Source of the DNA: Desulfomonilia bacterium
GTDB lineage: Bacteria; Desulfobacterota; Desulfomonilia; UBA1062
NCBI GenBank assembly: GCA_050014195.1
Contig: JBEKDT010000003.1
Coordinates: 160,001 to 224,000 of the forward strand
DNA: 64,000 nucleotides
Direction of reading: 5' to 3'
Shown here: positions 29,667-42,726 of the stretch, one piece after another
Position numbering within the stretch: position 1 is the stretch's first letter
Layout: the number at the start of each line of letters is the position of its first letter
The notes under the pieces: generated by a model
Told to the model about the DNA's origin: nothing
The model's input: the letters and a program-made list of their open reading frames with translations, nothing else
Database searches by the model: none
Translations under genes and position numbers: made by a program

Positions 29667-30226
29667 AATGCTCGCCCCTTGGAAGACAACCTCTCATAAA
29701 ACCGAAGATTTCTCAATATCGGCGAGATCTTCGGAGTGTTCTTCATGATGACCCGGCACTCGGTGCCTTTGATCACTTCAGCGGGAACGAGGAAGATCAT
29801 TGCCCCTTGCTCTTTTGCAGCAGCGAATAGAGCCTGTCTGACCGGCGCCTTCATATCTTCTCTCACCAAGATGACAGCGCCTGAAGGAAAGTCTCCTTGC
29901 CCGGATCTTTCGTCAAAGGCTGTATCAACGCTCATAGGAAGGCCATCTATTCGTTCAAGAGATCCTAAAAGCGTATCGCTGACAGAGTGAAGCAAGTGCC
30001 TCATCGCCGATTCATCCCGAAAGAGAGCTTTTACCCTCTTGTTCTTCCATGCACGCAAGAAACAGCCTTGCTCGGGGCACAGATAGTAGCCCCTTCCCGG
30101 GCGGCACTGCCGTTCATCAAAAAAGGCGGGTTCTTCCGTCTGTTGTACGAAACGCAAGAGCTCCTCCTTGCGGCATACCCTTCTGCAGCTTAGACATTGC
30201 CTGTATGGGCCTCCTTTATGCCTCAC
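29663..30226 (-). CDS. YlxR/DUF448 domain with a degenerate L7Ae-like C-terminus
   Basis: PYRQCLSC, GRGYYLC; GTG start overlapping the nusA stop. Confidence 0.8.
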   Translation of the reverse strand: MRHKGGPYRQCLSCRRVCRKEELLRFVQQTEEPAFFDERQCRPGRGYYLCPEQGCFLRAWKNKRVKALFRDESAMRHLLHSVSDTLLGSLERIDGLPMSVDTAFDERSGQGDFPSGAVILVREDMKAPVRQALFAAAKEQGAMIFLVPAEVIKGTECRVIMKNTPKISPILRNLRFYERLSSKGRAL

Positions 30227-31454
30227 TGCCCCCCACCGTTGCCTTCTGAATGATCTTTTTTGCCAGTGTCTCGTCGATCCCTTCGAATTCAAGAAGGTCT
30301 TCTTCTTTTGCCTTGGCAAGGTCGTCAAGTGTCTTATATCCGGCCTCAATCAAGACTTCTATGAGCGCCGGATCAATATCTGCCAAACTCTCCAAAGACC
30401 GCTTGTCTTCAGAGGATACTACCACCTCGGTGCCCTCCGCCCTCACGTCAATCTTCCATCCCGTGAGTTTTGCAACGAGCCTCACGTTCTGACCCTTTCT
30501 CCCGATGGCAAGGCTCAGCTGGTCGTCGGAAACCACCACATCCATGCTCCGGGCGGACTTGTCCACGATTACCTTGGATACCCTTGCGGGTGATAATGCA
30601 TTACAGACAAACCGGACCGGGTCCTCGGACCATACCACGATGTCCTGCCTCTCTCCTTTTAGCTCCTGGATCACGTTTTGGACCCGGGCCCCCTTGACGC
30701 CGACACAGGTCCCCACCGGGTCTACCTTTGAGTCATGTGAACGGACCGCTATCTTGGCCCTGATGCCCGGTTCCCTGGCCACGGCCACGATCTCTACAAT
30801 CCCTTCAGCCACCTCGGGGACCTCCATCTCGTAAAGCTTTACCAGGAACCGCGGATGAGTCCTGCTCAGTTCCACCTGCGGCATCTTGAGCGATTTGGTG
30901 ACATCTAGGACCAAAGCCTGCGCCCGGTCTCCCCGCCTGAGGATCTCGCCCGGGATCTGTTCCTTCTCACGCAGAATGGCCTCTGCCTTGCCGAGGTTAA
31001 CGATAACATCCTTACGATCAAAACGATGGATAAACCCTGAGACTATCTCTCCTTTGACGTCGATGAAATCGCTGTAGATCGCATCGCGCTCCACTTCCTT
31101 TACCTTCTGGACGATCACCTGTTTTGCGCTCTGGGCCGCTATCCTGCCAAGCTTACTGGAATCGAGCTTTTCACCAAGTTCATCACCTATCTGGCAGTTG
31201 GGATCGAGATTGCGAGCCAGTTTACTGGAAATCTGGATATTCGGATCCTCCACTTCTTCGGTGACAACCTTAAATTGGAAGACCTCCACCTCATCCAGCT
31301 CGGAATTGTAGTGAGCTTCGATATTATCATAATCTCCATAGACCTTCTTTGCTGCGCTCTGGACAGCCGCTTCGACGACCTGAACCAGATCTTCCTGTCG
31401 TAGGCCCTTCTCCTTTACGATAAGCTCGATCACTTTTGAAAGATTCAGAACCAT
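30216..31454 (-). CDS. nusA: Transcription termination/antitermination factor NusA
   Basis: GRIAAQSAKQVI, LSRTHP, AREPG, DQLSLAIGRKGQN. Confidence 0.98.
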   Translation of the reverse strand: MVLNLSKVIELIVKEKGLRQEDLVQVVEAAVQSAAKKVYGDYDNIEAHYNSELDEVEVFQFKVVTEEVEDPNIQISSKLARNLDPNCQIGDELGEKLDSSKLGRIAAQSAKQVIVQKVKEVERDAIYSDFIDVKGEIVSGFIHRFDRKDVIVNLGKAEAILREKEQIPGEILRRGDRAQALVLDVTKSLKMPQVELSRTHPRFLVKLYEMEVPEVAEGIVEIVAVAREPGIRAKIAVRSHDSKVDPVGTCVGVKGARVQNVIQELKGERQDIVVWSEDPVRFVCNALSPARVSKVIVDKSARSMDVVVSDDQLSLAIGRKGQNVRLVAKLTGWKIDVRAEGTEVVVSSEDKRSLESLADIDPALIEVLIEAGYKTLDDLAKAKEEDLLEFEGIDETLAKKIIQKATVGGSEA

Positions 31455-31463
31455 ACCATCTCC

Positions 31464-31892
31464 CTAGAAATCAAGATTGGCCTTGATGATATCGCTAAAC
31501 TGCACAAATACCTCTGATCCATCCACATTGAGGATCACCTTTTCCCCTGTGAGGCCCTTGATTGTCCCCCGCAATATCCCCTCGGCTAGTTGAATTTTCG
31601 CCTTTCTCCCGGAAAAATGCTCAAAATCCCGTGCGGTCTTGAGCTTTCTGTTCAGCCCGGGGGAGGATACCTCCAGCCGGTAGGATCCATCTATGGGATC
31701 TTCGGTATCAAGGAGGAGACTCACCCTTCTGTTGACAGAGACACAATCGTCGAGCGTCACCCCGCCCGGCTTGTCGATGGTAAGCCGTAAGCTTTTCCCG
31801 GAAAACTCCAGCTCAATGAGCTCAAAGCCCATCATCGCGAGCTCCGGGTTTACCAGAGTGAAAAGCTTATCCATCAGTTCTCTTTCAATCAT
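31464..31892 (-). CDS. rimP: Ribosome maturation factor RimP
   Basis: GVTLDDC, YRLEVSSPG. Confidence 0.95.
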   Translation of the reverse strand: MIERELMDKLFTLVNPELAMMGFELIELEFSGKSLRLTIDKPGGVTLDDCVSVNRRVSLLLDTEDPIDGSYRLEVSSPGLNRKLKTARDFEHFSGRKAKIQLAEGILRGTIKGLTGEKVILNVDGSEVFVQFSDIIKANLDF

Positions 31893-31899
31893 ACGAAAT

Positions 31900-31925
31900 A
31901 AAAAAGTGGGCAAGTGCCCACTTCA
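31900..31925 (-). promoter_or_regulatory. rimP leader hairpin / attenuator-like terminator
   Basis: AAGTGGGCAC-TT-GCCCACTTTTTT directly before rimP; a GTGGG/CCCAC hairpin is widely seen at this position. Confidence 0.6.
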
Positions 31926-31970
31926 TCGCCTCCCTCGTTCTCGCAGTTCTGCTTCCCAAAAACGCTTCAG

Positions 31971-32043
31971 AGCGGGCAACGGGATTCGAACCCGCGACAT
32001 TCAGCTTGGGAAGCTGACACTCTACCAACTGAGCTATGCCCGC
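31971..32043 (-). tRNA. tRNA-Gly(CCC)
   Basis: GCGGGCATAGCTCAGTTGGTAGAG...CAGCT-TCCCA-AGCTG...GTTCGAATCCCGTTGCCCGCT. Confidence 0.95.
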
Positions 32044-32191
32044 ATTGCCCTCTCTAATAGAATATGACTCTATTGCTTGTCAAGGTAGTCTTTGGATAGG
32101 CGCACCTAGAGCCGCCTTCACCTCTTAGGCTCGGTGAGTATCTCTGCTCAGATACAGACTCGGACGAGCGCGTCGCCTGAGAAGACTTTAT

Positions 32192-32590
32192 CTAGCCGGG
32201 AATGAACTTTATCAGGACCGACCTCTTCCTGGGACCGTCGAACTCGGCCAAAAAGATCCCTTGCCAGGTACCCAAGATCGGGGATCCGCTCTCGATGATC
32301 ACCGTGACACTCGAACCAAGCAAACTGGCCTTGATGTGGGCATCCGAGTTCCCCTCGGCATGGCGGTATGCCTCATCGCGAGGCACGATTTTTCCAAGGA
32401 ACGCAGTGATATCTTCCTTAACCGAGGGATCGGCATTTTCGTTGATGGTTATGCCGCATGTGGTATGCGGCACATAGATGACAAGGATGCCGGAAGATAT
32501 ATCCTCACTTCTCAGCAAGGTCTTCACCTGGGTAGTGATGTCGATGAGCTGGATACGCGCGCTCGTTTGTACTTCAAGCCTCTTCATCAT
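32192..32590 (-). CDS. yjbQ: YjbQ/UPF0047 family protein
   Basis: PHTTCG, NENADP, HAEGNSDAHIK, LGTWQGIF, EFDGPR. Confidence 0.92.
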   Translation of the reverse strand: MMKRLEVQTSARIQLIDITTQVKTLLRSEDISSGILVIYVPHTTCGITINENADPSVKEDITAFLGKIVPRDEAYRHAEGNSDAHIKASLLGSSVTVIIESGSPILGTWQGIFLAEFDGPRKRSVLIKFIPG

Positions 32591-32630
32591 CTGATTCCTT
32601 TGGTTCCTTTCCTCCTCGCTTATCAAGCCC

Positions 32631-33419
32631 TTATTCCTTCATAAAGTGCATGCCGCGCAGAAAGAGTTTTGTAAAGTTATCGGTGGTGAAGCGTGCCACC
32701 TCTTCAGGAAAAACCCCTTTTATCCTTGCAATTTCTTCTATAACCTTTACTACATTAAGCGGTTCATTGCGTCTACCCCTCAACGGCTCGGGCGTAAGAT
32801 ACGGCGCATCGGTTTCTGCCAGGATATATTCCAGAGATGTCTGTCTCGCCACTTCCTTTAACATGGCAGCGTTCTTGAAGGTGACCACGCCAGGGATGGA
32901 GATAATGAATCCTTTGCTTAGAACAATTCGTGCAAGGTCGGCGTCTCCTGAAAAACAATGAAAAACCCCACCTGTTGACCATGCATCCGTTTCGTCCATG
33001 ACCTTTAATGTCTGGTCATGGGCGGCACGATCATGGATCACGAGCGGGAGGCGGAGTTGTTTTGCAAGCGCGATATGGGCTCTGAAGAGATCCTCTTGCT
33101 TTTGCTGGCTTTCGGGTGTGCGGTAAAGATCAAACCCTGTCTCTCCTATGGCAACAACCTTGGCCTCCTTACAGAGATCAGCGAGCTTGAATACATCTTC
33201 GGGTCCGAATTTATCGGCGTTTTGCGGGTGGATCCCCACAGACACAAAAATTCCTTTGTGGGATAGGGCAACCTCCAAGGCCTTTCTGCAGTCTTTGGGA
33301 TCGATCCCCACAGCGAGCATGGATGTAACACCTCCGTCAACCGATCGAGAGATGACCTCTTCCCTATCATGACGAAACGCCTTGAAATGGATGTGATTAT
33401 GTGAATCGACGATATTCAT
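32631..33419 (-). CDS. TatD family nuclease/hydrolase
   Basis: DSHNH, GIHP, IGETGFD, HCFSG, ETDAPYL. Confidence 0.93.
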   Translation of the reverse strand: MNIVDSHNHIHFKAFRHDREEVISRSVDGGVTSMLAVGIDPKDCRKALEVALSHKGIFVSVGIHPQNADKFGPEDVFKLADLCKEAKVVAIGETGFDLYRTPESQQKQEDLFRAHIALAKQLRLPLVIHDRAAHDQTLKVMDETDAWSTGGVFHCFSGDADLARIVLSKGFIISIPGVVTFKNAAMLKEVARQTSLEYILAETDAPYLTPEPLRGRRNEPLNVVKVIEEIARIKGVFPEEVARFTTDNFTKLFLRGMHFMKE

Positions 33420-34173
33420 CCCACATACAACCTAAGAGCTCCTGATGCACTCTGGCATTGCTCGCCAGGATATCTCCCCTGTACAGGTCAAAGGGCCCCC
33501 CGTCAATGGAAGTGACCAAGCCGCCCGCTTCCTTGAGGATCGTCACACCTGCCGCCATATCCCACGGCTTCAACCCCTCCTCCCAAAAGGCATCGAACGC
33601 ACCCGATGCGACATAGCACAGATCGAGTTCCGCAGACCCAAACCTCCTGATCCCGAGAGCCTTACCCAAGACTCGCGAAAACCGCGATACGATCACCTCT
33701 AAGCTATCTTGTTTATAAGGAAAGCCCGTAGCAACGAGAGAATCGATTAAACATTCTGTTCGCGAAACAAAAATTCTCTGCCCGTTTCGATATGCCCCCC
33801 GTCCTTCCTGTGCGTGGAAGAGTTCTCCGCTGAGAGGATTGTAGCACACCCCGATAAAAGGCACGCCTGCCTTCATCACGGCAATGGAGACACAGAAAAA
33901 TGGTATGTGATGGATGAAATTTGTTGTCCCATCGATGGGGTCAATGATCCAGGTGTACAAGGAAGAACTCTTCTTATCAAAACCCTCTTCTGCAACGATG
34001 TTGTGGTCGCCATAGGCGCGCTCGATCTCGTCCACTATTACAGCCTGCACCTTGCGGTCCATATTGGTCACAAGATCGATCCGCCCCTTGTGTTCTATCT
34101 TTACCTCATCCCGGAGATGGGCATTAAGAAAGTCTCCCGCCTTTTTTGCAAGTCGCACGGCAAATTCCAGCAT
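33397..34173 (-). CDS. suhB: Inositol monophosphatase family (SuhB-like)
   Basis: WIIDPIDGTTNF, RRFGSA, WDMAAG. Confidence 0.88.
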   Translation of the reverse strand: MLEFAVRLAKKAGDFLNAHLRDEVKIEHKGRIDLVTNMDRKVQAVIVDEIERAYGDHNIVAEEGFDKKSSSLYTWIIDPIDGTTNFIHHIPFFCVSIAVMKAGVPFIGVCYNPLSGELFHAQEGRGAYRNGQRIFVSRTECLIDSLVATGFPYKQDSLEVIVSRFSRVLGKALGIRRFGSAELDLCYVASGAFDAFWEEGLKPWDMAAGVTILKEAGGLVTSIDGGPFDLYRGDILASNARVHQELLGCMWDEYRRFT

Positions 34174-34216
34174 GGCTCCACTTGTCAAACAAAAGATTTT
34201 ATGCAACATAAAAGAC

Positions 34217-34741
34217 ATGCAGCGGGTTTACAAGATAAAAAAAGCCCTCAAAGCGCCTATGTCGCTTGCCGTCATTATCTCCATCCCTGTTTTTATGGAT
34301 GTCATCCACCGAGGTTATGAAACAAAGATCCTTGTCATGGCCTGTTTGCTCATTGTTCTGTTTTATCTCTTCACCTTGAATAACCTCCTTAAACAAATAA
34401 AGGTGGGTGATGGTGAAATCATTATCAGGAGCCTGTTCGGATCAAACAGAATTCACGTCGCAGATATCAAACTCGTGGACGGCGTAATTATCGGCTCCCG
34501 CCAATTCATAACCATTTCGGCAAAAAAGAACTCCCTTATCCCGAATACCTTTGATGACTTCACCGGAATCATCGACTCCATCCGGGAGGTTGTGAAGGAA
34601 GAAGCCATAGGCAAGGGGCTGACAGACCTCAGAGGGAATGTTGTCAACCGCAAGAGCGATATCACCATGGCGTGGATCACGGTGATCCTCTTGATTATTA
34701 TTGTTGTTATCCGTTTCTTTCCACAGTTTCTTACATTGTGA
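34217..34741 (+). CDS. Hypothetical membrane protein (three TM segments)
   Basis: Two N-terminal hydrophobic helices, a soluble beta region and a C-terminal TM. Confidence 0.65.
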   Translation: MQRVYKIKKALKAPMSLAVIISIPVFMDVIHRGYETKILVMACLLIVLFYLFTLNNLLKQIKVGDGEIIIRSLFGSNRIHVADIKLVDGVIIGSRQFITISAKKNSLIPNTFDDFTGIIDSIREVVKEEAIGKGLTDLRGNVVNRKSDITMAWITVILLIIIVVIRFFPQFLTL

Positions 34742-34816
34742 TGCGCATTGGAAATATCAAACTTTTCAGTCAGTTATAAATCGATATTCCCCGGGAAACG
34801 CCCTTGGTTGCGGGTT

Positions 34817-34832
34817 TGTTTCACGTGAAACT
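34817..34832. promoter_or_regulatory. parS centromere site
   Basis: TGTTTCACGTGAAACT, 15/16 match to consensus TGTTTCACGTGAAACA, 42 bp upstream of parA. Confidence 0.9.
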
Positions 34833-34874
34833 TTTTCAATTCATCTTTCATAATTTTTATGGTACTGCTCCATT

Positions 34875-35669
34875 GTGCCTCATAAAATAATCAGCATCTC
34901 CAATCAAAAAGGCGGCGTTGGGAAGACAACCACTGCCATTAACCTTGGCTCGTCCCTTGCCCTTTTGGGGAAACGGACTCTCATTATTGACCTCGATCCC
35001 CAGGCTAACGCAACCACCGGCCTTGGGGTCGACCCCACAAAACTTTCTTCCCATATCTACCACGTCCTGCTTGGTGAACAGCCCATGGATTCCATCATCG
35101 TTCCCGCAAAGGTAGGCGGCCTTTTCCTTGCACCAAGCAATACCGACCTTGTTGGTGCTGATGTGGAACTCATGGATGTATCCATGCGCGAGCGGATAGT
35201 TTCCAAGGCGTTAAACACCATGGTTACTCCTTTTGACTTCATCCTCGTCGACTGTCCGCCGTCTCTCGGATTGCTCACCCTGAATGCCCTGACTGCTTCT
35301 GATACGCTCCTCATCCCTGTTCAGTGCGAATATTACGCACTGGAAGGCATCAAGAGCCTTCTGAATACATTCCAGCTTGTGAAAAAAAGGCTCAATCCCT
35401 TACTGTCCATTGAGGGATTTCTTCTCACCATGTTTGATTCCCGCACCCGCCTCAGCCATGAAGTGGCGAGCAACATGAGATCGCATTTCAACAATCAGGT
35501 TTTCAACACGGTTATACCCAGGAACACACGGTTATGTGAGGCCCCGAGTTTTGGGCTCCCCATTTGCCTCTATGATATCTCTTCAAAAGGGGCCCAACAT
35601 TATCTGATGCTTGCGAAAGAGATCCTGAGCAGGGAGGTTGCCGATGAAGGTAAAGCCTCGTCTCGGTAA
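34875..35669 (+). CDS. parA: Chromosome partitioning ATPase ParA/Soj
   Basis: NQKGGVGKTT, DLDPQAN, DCPPSL, QCEYYALEG. Confidence 0.97.
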   Translation: MPHKIISISNQKGGVGKTTTAINLGSSLALLGKRTLIIDLDPQANATTGLGVDPTKLSSHIYHVLLGEQPMDSIIVPAKVGGLFLAPSNTDLVGADVELMDVSMRERIVSKALNTMVTPFDFILVDCPPSLGLLTLNALTASDTLLIPVQCEYYALEGIKSLLNTFQLVKKRLNPLLSIEGFLLTMFDSRTRLSHEVASNMRSHFNNQVFNTVIPRNTRLCEAPSFGLPICLYDISSKGAQHYLMLAKEILSREVADEGKASSR

Positions 35670-36492
35670 GGGGATTGACGCGCTCATCCCTGTTGATGAA
35701 AATGATACAAGTTCACTGGTAATGGAGCTGTCTCTCGACGAGATACGGCCCAATCCCATTCAGCCAAGGAAATCTATTGATAAGGTAAAACTCTCGGAGC
35801 TTGCAGAATCCATCAAAGTCCATGGCCTCATATCCCCTATTCTTGTAAGGAAGTTCAATACCAAATACGAGATTATTGCAGGCGAGAGGAGATTTCATGC
35901 CTGCAGGCTGGCTGGAATGAAAAACGTTCCTGTTATTGTAAAAGAGGTTTCCGATGATAATTCCTTTAAGCTCTCCCTCATAGAGAATCTCCAGCGTGAA
36001 GATTTAAACCCCATGGAAGAGTCCGAGGCCTATTACACATTAAAGGAGCAGTTTGGTCTTACCCATCAGGTGATTGCAGAATCCGTAATGAAGGATCGGT
36101 CAACCATCACCAATGCACTTCGGCTGATAAGTCTTCCTGAGGATATGAAGTCTGCATTGCGTGAAGGATCCATTACCCCGGGGCATGCACGCGCCATCCT
36201 TATGCTGGAGTCGGAAGAAGAGAGACGTTCTCTCTTTAAAAATATCATTGCTAAGGGATTAAGTGTTCGAGATGCCGAGCGGCATGCCTCTCGGAAGCGA
36301 CTTGTTCAAGATAACAAAAAGAACATTGACCCGAGTCTGGACAAACTATCATCCTTCCTCTCCGATCGTTTCTCTACAAAAGTTGTTTGCTCGTGGTCGA
36401 AGAGAAAGGGAAAGATTACCATAGAGGTATCATCTCGAGATGAGCTCAAAAGAATTATCGATGATCTCACCAGGGCGATATCTCCTCTATGA
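35644..36492 (+). CDS. parB: Chromosome partitioning protein ParB/Spo0J
   Basis: LGKGIDAL, AGERR, IENLQREDLNP, HTH. Confidence 0.97.
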   Translation: MKVKPRLGKGIDALIPVDENDTSSLVMELSLDEIRPNPIQPRKSIDKVKLSELAESIKVHGLISPILVRKFNTKYEIIAGERRFHACRLAGMKNVPVIVKEVSDDNSFKLSLIENLQREDLNPMEESEAYYTLKEQFGLTHQVIAESVMKDRSTITNALRLISLPEDMKSALREGSITPGHARAILMLESEEERRSLFKNIIAKGLSVRDAERHASRKRLVQDNKKNIDPSLDKLSSFLSDRFSTKVVCSWSKRKGKITIEVSSRDELKRIIDDLTRAISPL

Positions 36493-36666
36493 TGGCACCA
36501 TTGTGAACATATGGACATTGGATTGTGACATGATCTTTCGATATGAGAGTTATCAACGTACATACGATATGTGTATGTTTAATAAAATTAAAAAGTTATA
36601 TGATTTTTTGACATATTGACAGGATCATTAGTATATATAATCCATACATATGAGGAGTATAAAGAG

Positions 36667-37791
36667 ATGAAGTGTACAATCTCAAAAAGCATTCTGCAGA
36701 ACATGCTCTCGAAGGTGCAGGGTTTCACGGAACGAAAATCCACCTTGCCTATCTTGAGCCATGCCCTCCTAGAGGTATCGAAGGGATCTTTATTCATAAA
36801 GGCAACGGATCTGCATACCTCGATCCAGGTGTCGTCTAACTGCTCTGTGGAATCTCCCGGTTCATGCGCCATTAATGCAAAAGGCTTTTACGATATCATC
36901 CGGGAACTCCCTGAAGATAATCTTCTCATATGGACCGAAGATCATAACCGGGCCAACATTTTGGTGGGGAATAAGAAGATAAAAATGAATATCATGGATG
37001 CAGAGGAATTCCCGAACATCGACCTGCCGGCCAATCCAACCGGATTTTCCATACCAATAGATGTCATGAAGCCGCTGATAGACAGAACCATTTTTTCCAT
37101 ACCTGTCTCTGCGGAGAGCGACACGAAATATTCTTTAGGAGGGGCATTGCTTCTCGCCAGGGAAGAAAAACCTAAAACCACCTATATTGAGATGGTAACC
37201 ACCGACAGCAGAAGGCTCTCGCTGGCCAGATATGTTGTTAATGGAAAGCTTGATATGGGGGAAGGGATCATCGTTCCGAGAAAAGGACTGCAAGAGCTTA
37301 AACGTCTCATGGATGGGAAGGAGGACGAACAACACATCGTCTTGACAAAGGATTCCCTTTACTACACATCCAAGGAAACAACCGCCACGGTGCGGCTCTT
37401 TGACGGCAAATTCCCGGATTTCAGGAGTATTGTAAATATAGACACATATCCAATCGTGACGAGGGTCAATGTGAATGAGCTTGTCAGCGTACTCAAGGTA
37501 TGCGTCGCCATGGTTTCCGAGCTTGCAAGCTGTGTGAAATTCTCGTTTATCAAGGACAAGACCCTAATCTATGCCAATAATCCTGAACAGGGAGAGGTGG
37601 ATACGGCAATCGCATCCGAACATACCGGAGACGAGGTCGAGATAACCTTCAACCCGAGGTATTTCGTCGAGTGCCTTGCCTTCATCGATGGTGAGGCGGA
37701 GATCCACCTGAAAGGGCCCCAAGGTCCCTGCTTGGTTACGGACTGTGCCGAGCGGGAAAGCAAGTGGGTCATCATGCCCATGAGGTTTTAA
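36667..37791 (+). CDS. dnaN: DNA polymerase III beta clamp
   Basis: TLPILS, KATDL, TTDSRRL, GKFPDF, C-terminal IMPMRF. Confidence 0.95.
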   Translation: MKCTISKSILQNMLSKVQGFTERKSTLPILSHALLEVSKGSLFIKATDLHTSIQVSSNCSVESPGSCAINAKGFYDIIRELPEDNLLIWTEDHNRANILVGNKKIKMNIMDAEEFPNIDLPANPTGFSIPIDVMKPLIDRTIFSIPVSAESDTKYSLGGALLLAREEKPKTTYIEMVTTDSRRLSLARYVVNGKLDMGEGIIVPRKGLQELKRLMDGKEDEQHIVLTKDSLYYTSKETTATVRLFDGKFPDFRSIVNIDTYPIVTRVNVNELVSVLKVCVAMVSELASCVKFSFIKDKTLIYANNPEQGEVDTAIASEHTGDEVEITFNPRYFVECLAFIDGEAEIHLKGPQGPCLVTDCAERESKWVIMPMRF

Positions 37792-37813
37792 TTTTTAAAG
37801 AAGAGGAAGCTAA

Positions 37814-40183
<2,370 letters not shown>

Positions 40184-40210
40184 TTTTCCACCTAAGAAAG
40201 AGGAGTTTGC

Positions 40211-42637
40211 ATGAGTACGAACACCGTTGCCATAGACCAGGAGATGAGGCGCTCGTACCTGGACTATTCCATGAGCGTCATCATCGGACGCGCCATCCCT
40301 GATGTGCGCGACGGCCTTAAGCCCGTCCATAGAAGGATCCTGTTTGCCATGCAGGACCTGGGCAACACCCATACGAAGGCCTACAAGAAGTCGGCCCGCA
40401 TCGTGGGTGATGTCATTGGTAAGTACCATCCCCACGGTGACTCCGCAGTCTATGATGCCATTGTCCGCATGGCCCAGCCGTTCTCCTTGCGGTATCCCCT
40501 GGTCGACGGCCAGGGCAACTTCGGTTCCGTGGATGGCGATCCGGCCGCTGCCATGAGGTATACCGAGATCAGGATGTCGCGCATAGCCGAGGAGATGCTC
40601 GCTGATCTTGAAAAGAATACCGTGGATTTCCATCCCAACTACGACGAGTCTCTGCAGGAGCCCGATGTACTGCCCACGAGGATACCGGGGCTGCTGCTGA
40701 ACGGGTCTAGCGGTATCGCGGTGGGCATGGCCACCAGCATCCCGCCGCACAATGCCACCGAGCTGATGACCGCCCTGATCGCCCTAATCGACAAACCTGA
40801 TCTGACACTGCCCGAGATCATGCGGATCATCCCCGGGCCTGATTTCCCCACCGGCGGCATCATCATCTCCGAAGGCGAGATCGAGAAGGCCTACCGCACC
40901 GGCAGGGGCATCATCATTGTCCGCGGCAAGGTGGAAAGGGAGGAAGAGCAGAACCGGGAGAAGATCATCATCTCCGAGATCCCCTTTACCGTGAACAAGG
41001 CCGATCTCGTCACGCGCATCGCTCTCCTGGCCCAGGAAAAGAAGATCGACGGCATTGCCAACATCCGCGACGAGTCGGACAAGGACGGCATGCGCGTGGT
41101 CATCGAGCTGAAGAAGGGGGCTCCCGCCGAGGTCATCGAAAACCAGCTCTACAAGCTCACCACGCTCCAGGCCTCGTTCTCCATGAACCTGCTCGCCATA
41201 CACAACAACAGGCCCGCCACCATGGGTCTTTTACAGCTGCTTCAGGCCTTCCTTGATTTCCGCGAGGAGGTGGTCACCCGCAGGTGCCTCTTCGAACTGG
41301 CCAAGGCAAAGGACCGCATCCATATCTTGGACGGCCTCTTGAAGGCGTTAGAGCACATCGACGAGATCGTGGCGCTCATCAAGGCATCGGCCAACCCGCC
41401 TGAGGCAAAGATAAACCTGATGGAGCGCTTCGGCTTCTCCGAGATCCAGGCCCAGGCCATCTTGGACATGCGTCTCCAGAGGCTCACCGGACTGGAGCGA
41501 GACAAGCTTGCCGACGAGCACGCGGCACTTTCCAAAGAGATCAGGCGACTCGAGCTCATCCTTTCCGACCGCAATGAGCTGCTCAAGGTCATCAGGGCAG
41601 AGCTCCAAGAGGTCAAGGCCGACTACGCGGACGCCAGGCGGACCATGATCCTGAAGGGTGAGATCGGCGAATTCAACGTGGAAGACCTCATCCCCGATGA
41701 GAAGATGGTGGTCACCATCACCCGCAAGGGTTATGTGAAGCGCACCGAGCTCGACAAGTACCGCACCCAGAAGCGCGGCGGTGTGGGCGTCAAGGGGGCG
41801 TTGACCGGTGAGGACGACTTCATCGAGCACATCTTCGTGGCCACCAACCACACCTCCATCCTCTACTTCACCAACAAGGGCAGGGTGTACCACACCAAGG
41901 TATACGAGGTCCCGGAGCGCGACCGCGCGCTCAAGGGCGTGCCCATCGTGAACATTCGCCCCATCCAGAAGGAGGAGCGCATCTGCGCCATCCTGGTCAC
42001 CACCGACATCAACATGGAAGCCGAGGTCGTGATGGTAACCGCCATGGCCAACATCAAACGGGTCGAGCTCAAAAGCTTCAGCAACATCGTGCGCACGGGC
42101 ATCATCGCCTGCACGCTGGAGCCGGGCGACGAGGTCATGTCGGCCCGCATCACCACCGGCAGCACCCGCATCATCGTTGCATCCAGGGCCGGCAAGGCCA
42201 TCATCTTCCCGGCCGACCAGGTCCGAGTCATGGGCCGCCAGGCGCAAGGGGTGCGAGCCATCAAGCTCAATGAGGGCGATTCGGTTATCGGCATGGATGT
42301 CATCACGAGCGACGACGACCTGGTCATCAATCTGACCGAGTACGGCTTCGGCAAGAAGACTATTGTCAGCAAATACCCGGTCCAGAACCGAGCAGGCAAG
42401 GGTGTAAATACGGTCCACATCACCAAGAAGACCGGCGACCTCGTGGGGGTGAGGGTGATCAAGGACACCGACGAGCTCATGATCATATCCACGTCGGGCC
42501 AGATCATCCGCATGCCCGTGTCCCAGATCCGCACCACCCGCACGCGCTCTGCCCAGGGCGTGCGCGCCATACGCATGAAGGAAGACGAGAAGATCGTGGA
42601 CTTCACCAAGTACGTCAGCGAAGAAGACGCCGACTAA
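40211..42637 (+). CDS. gyrA: DNA gyrase subunit A
   Basis: [18 protein letters not shown], GyrA-box QKRGGVG. Confidence 0.98.
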   Translation: MSTNTVAIDQEMRRSYLDYSMSVIIGRAIPDVRDGLKPVHRRILFAMQDLGNTHTKAYKKSARIVGDVIGKYHPHGDSAVYDAIVRMAQPFSLRYPLVDGQGNFGSVDGDPAAAMRYTEIRMSRIAEEMLADLEKNTVDFHPNYDESLQEPDVLPTRIPGLLLNGSSGIAVGMATSIPPHNATELMTALIALIDKPDLTLPEIMRIIPGPDFPTGGIIISEGEIEKAYRTGRGIIIVRGKVEREEEQNREKIIISEIPFTVNKADLVTRIALLAQEKKIDGIANIRDESDKDGMRVVIELKKGAPAEVIENQLYKLTTLQASFSMNLLAIHNNRPATMGLLQLLQAFLDFREEVVTRRCLFELAKAKDRIHILDGLLKALEHIDEIVALIKASANPPEAKINLMERFGFSEIQAQAILDMRLQRLTGLERDKLADEHAALSKEIRRLELILSDRNELLKVIRAELQEVKADYADARRTMILKGEIGEFNVEDLIPDEKMVVTITRKGYVKRTELDKYRTQKRGGVGVKGALTGEDDFIEHIFVATNHTSILYFTNKGRVYHTKVYEVPERDRALKGVPIVNIRPIQKEERICAILVTTDINMEAEVVMVTAMANIKRVELKSFSNIVRTGIIACTLEPGDEVMSARITTGSTRIIVASRAGKAIIFPADQVRVMGRQAQGVRAIKLNEGDSVIGMDVITSDDDLVINLTEYGFGKKTIVSKYPVQNRAGKGVNTVHITKKTGDLVGVRVIKDTDELMIISTSGQIIRMPVSQIRTTRTRSAQGVRAIRMKEDEKIVDFTKYVSEEDAD

Positions 42638-42673
42638 ACGGCGCTCATCACGAGAGATAACCTTAAGATAAAT

Positions 42674-42697
42674 CCCGGCCTCCGAAAGGGGGCCGGG
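42674..42697 (+). terminator. GC-rich hairpin after gyrA
   Basis: CCCGGCCTCC-GAAA-GGGGGCCGGG; no U-tract follows. Confidence 0.5.
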
Positions 42698-42726
42698 CAA
42701 GAAATAACCCGCAGATTCATAACTCT

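Noticed and set aside
36493-36666. Formal oriC call
   Set aside because: No perfect or one-mismatch TTATCCACA boxes seen; kept only as a hypothesis.
40430-40460. Quinolone-resistance substitutions in GyrA
   Set aside because: The QRDR reads GDSAVYD, wild type at the Ser83 and Asp87 equivalents.
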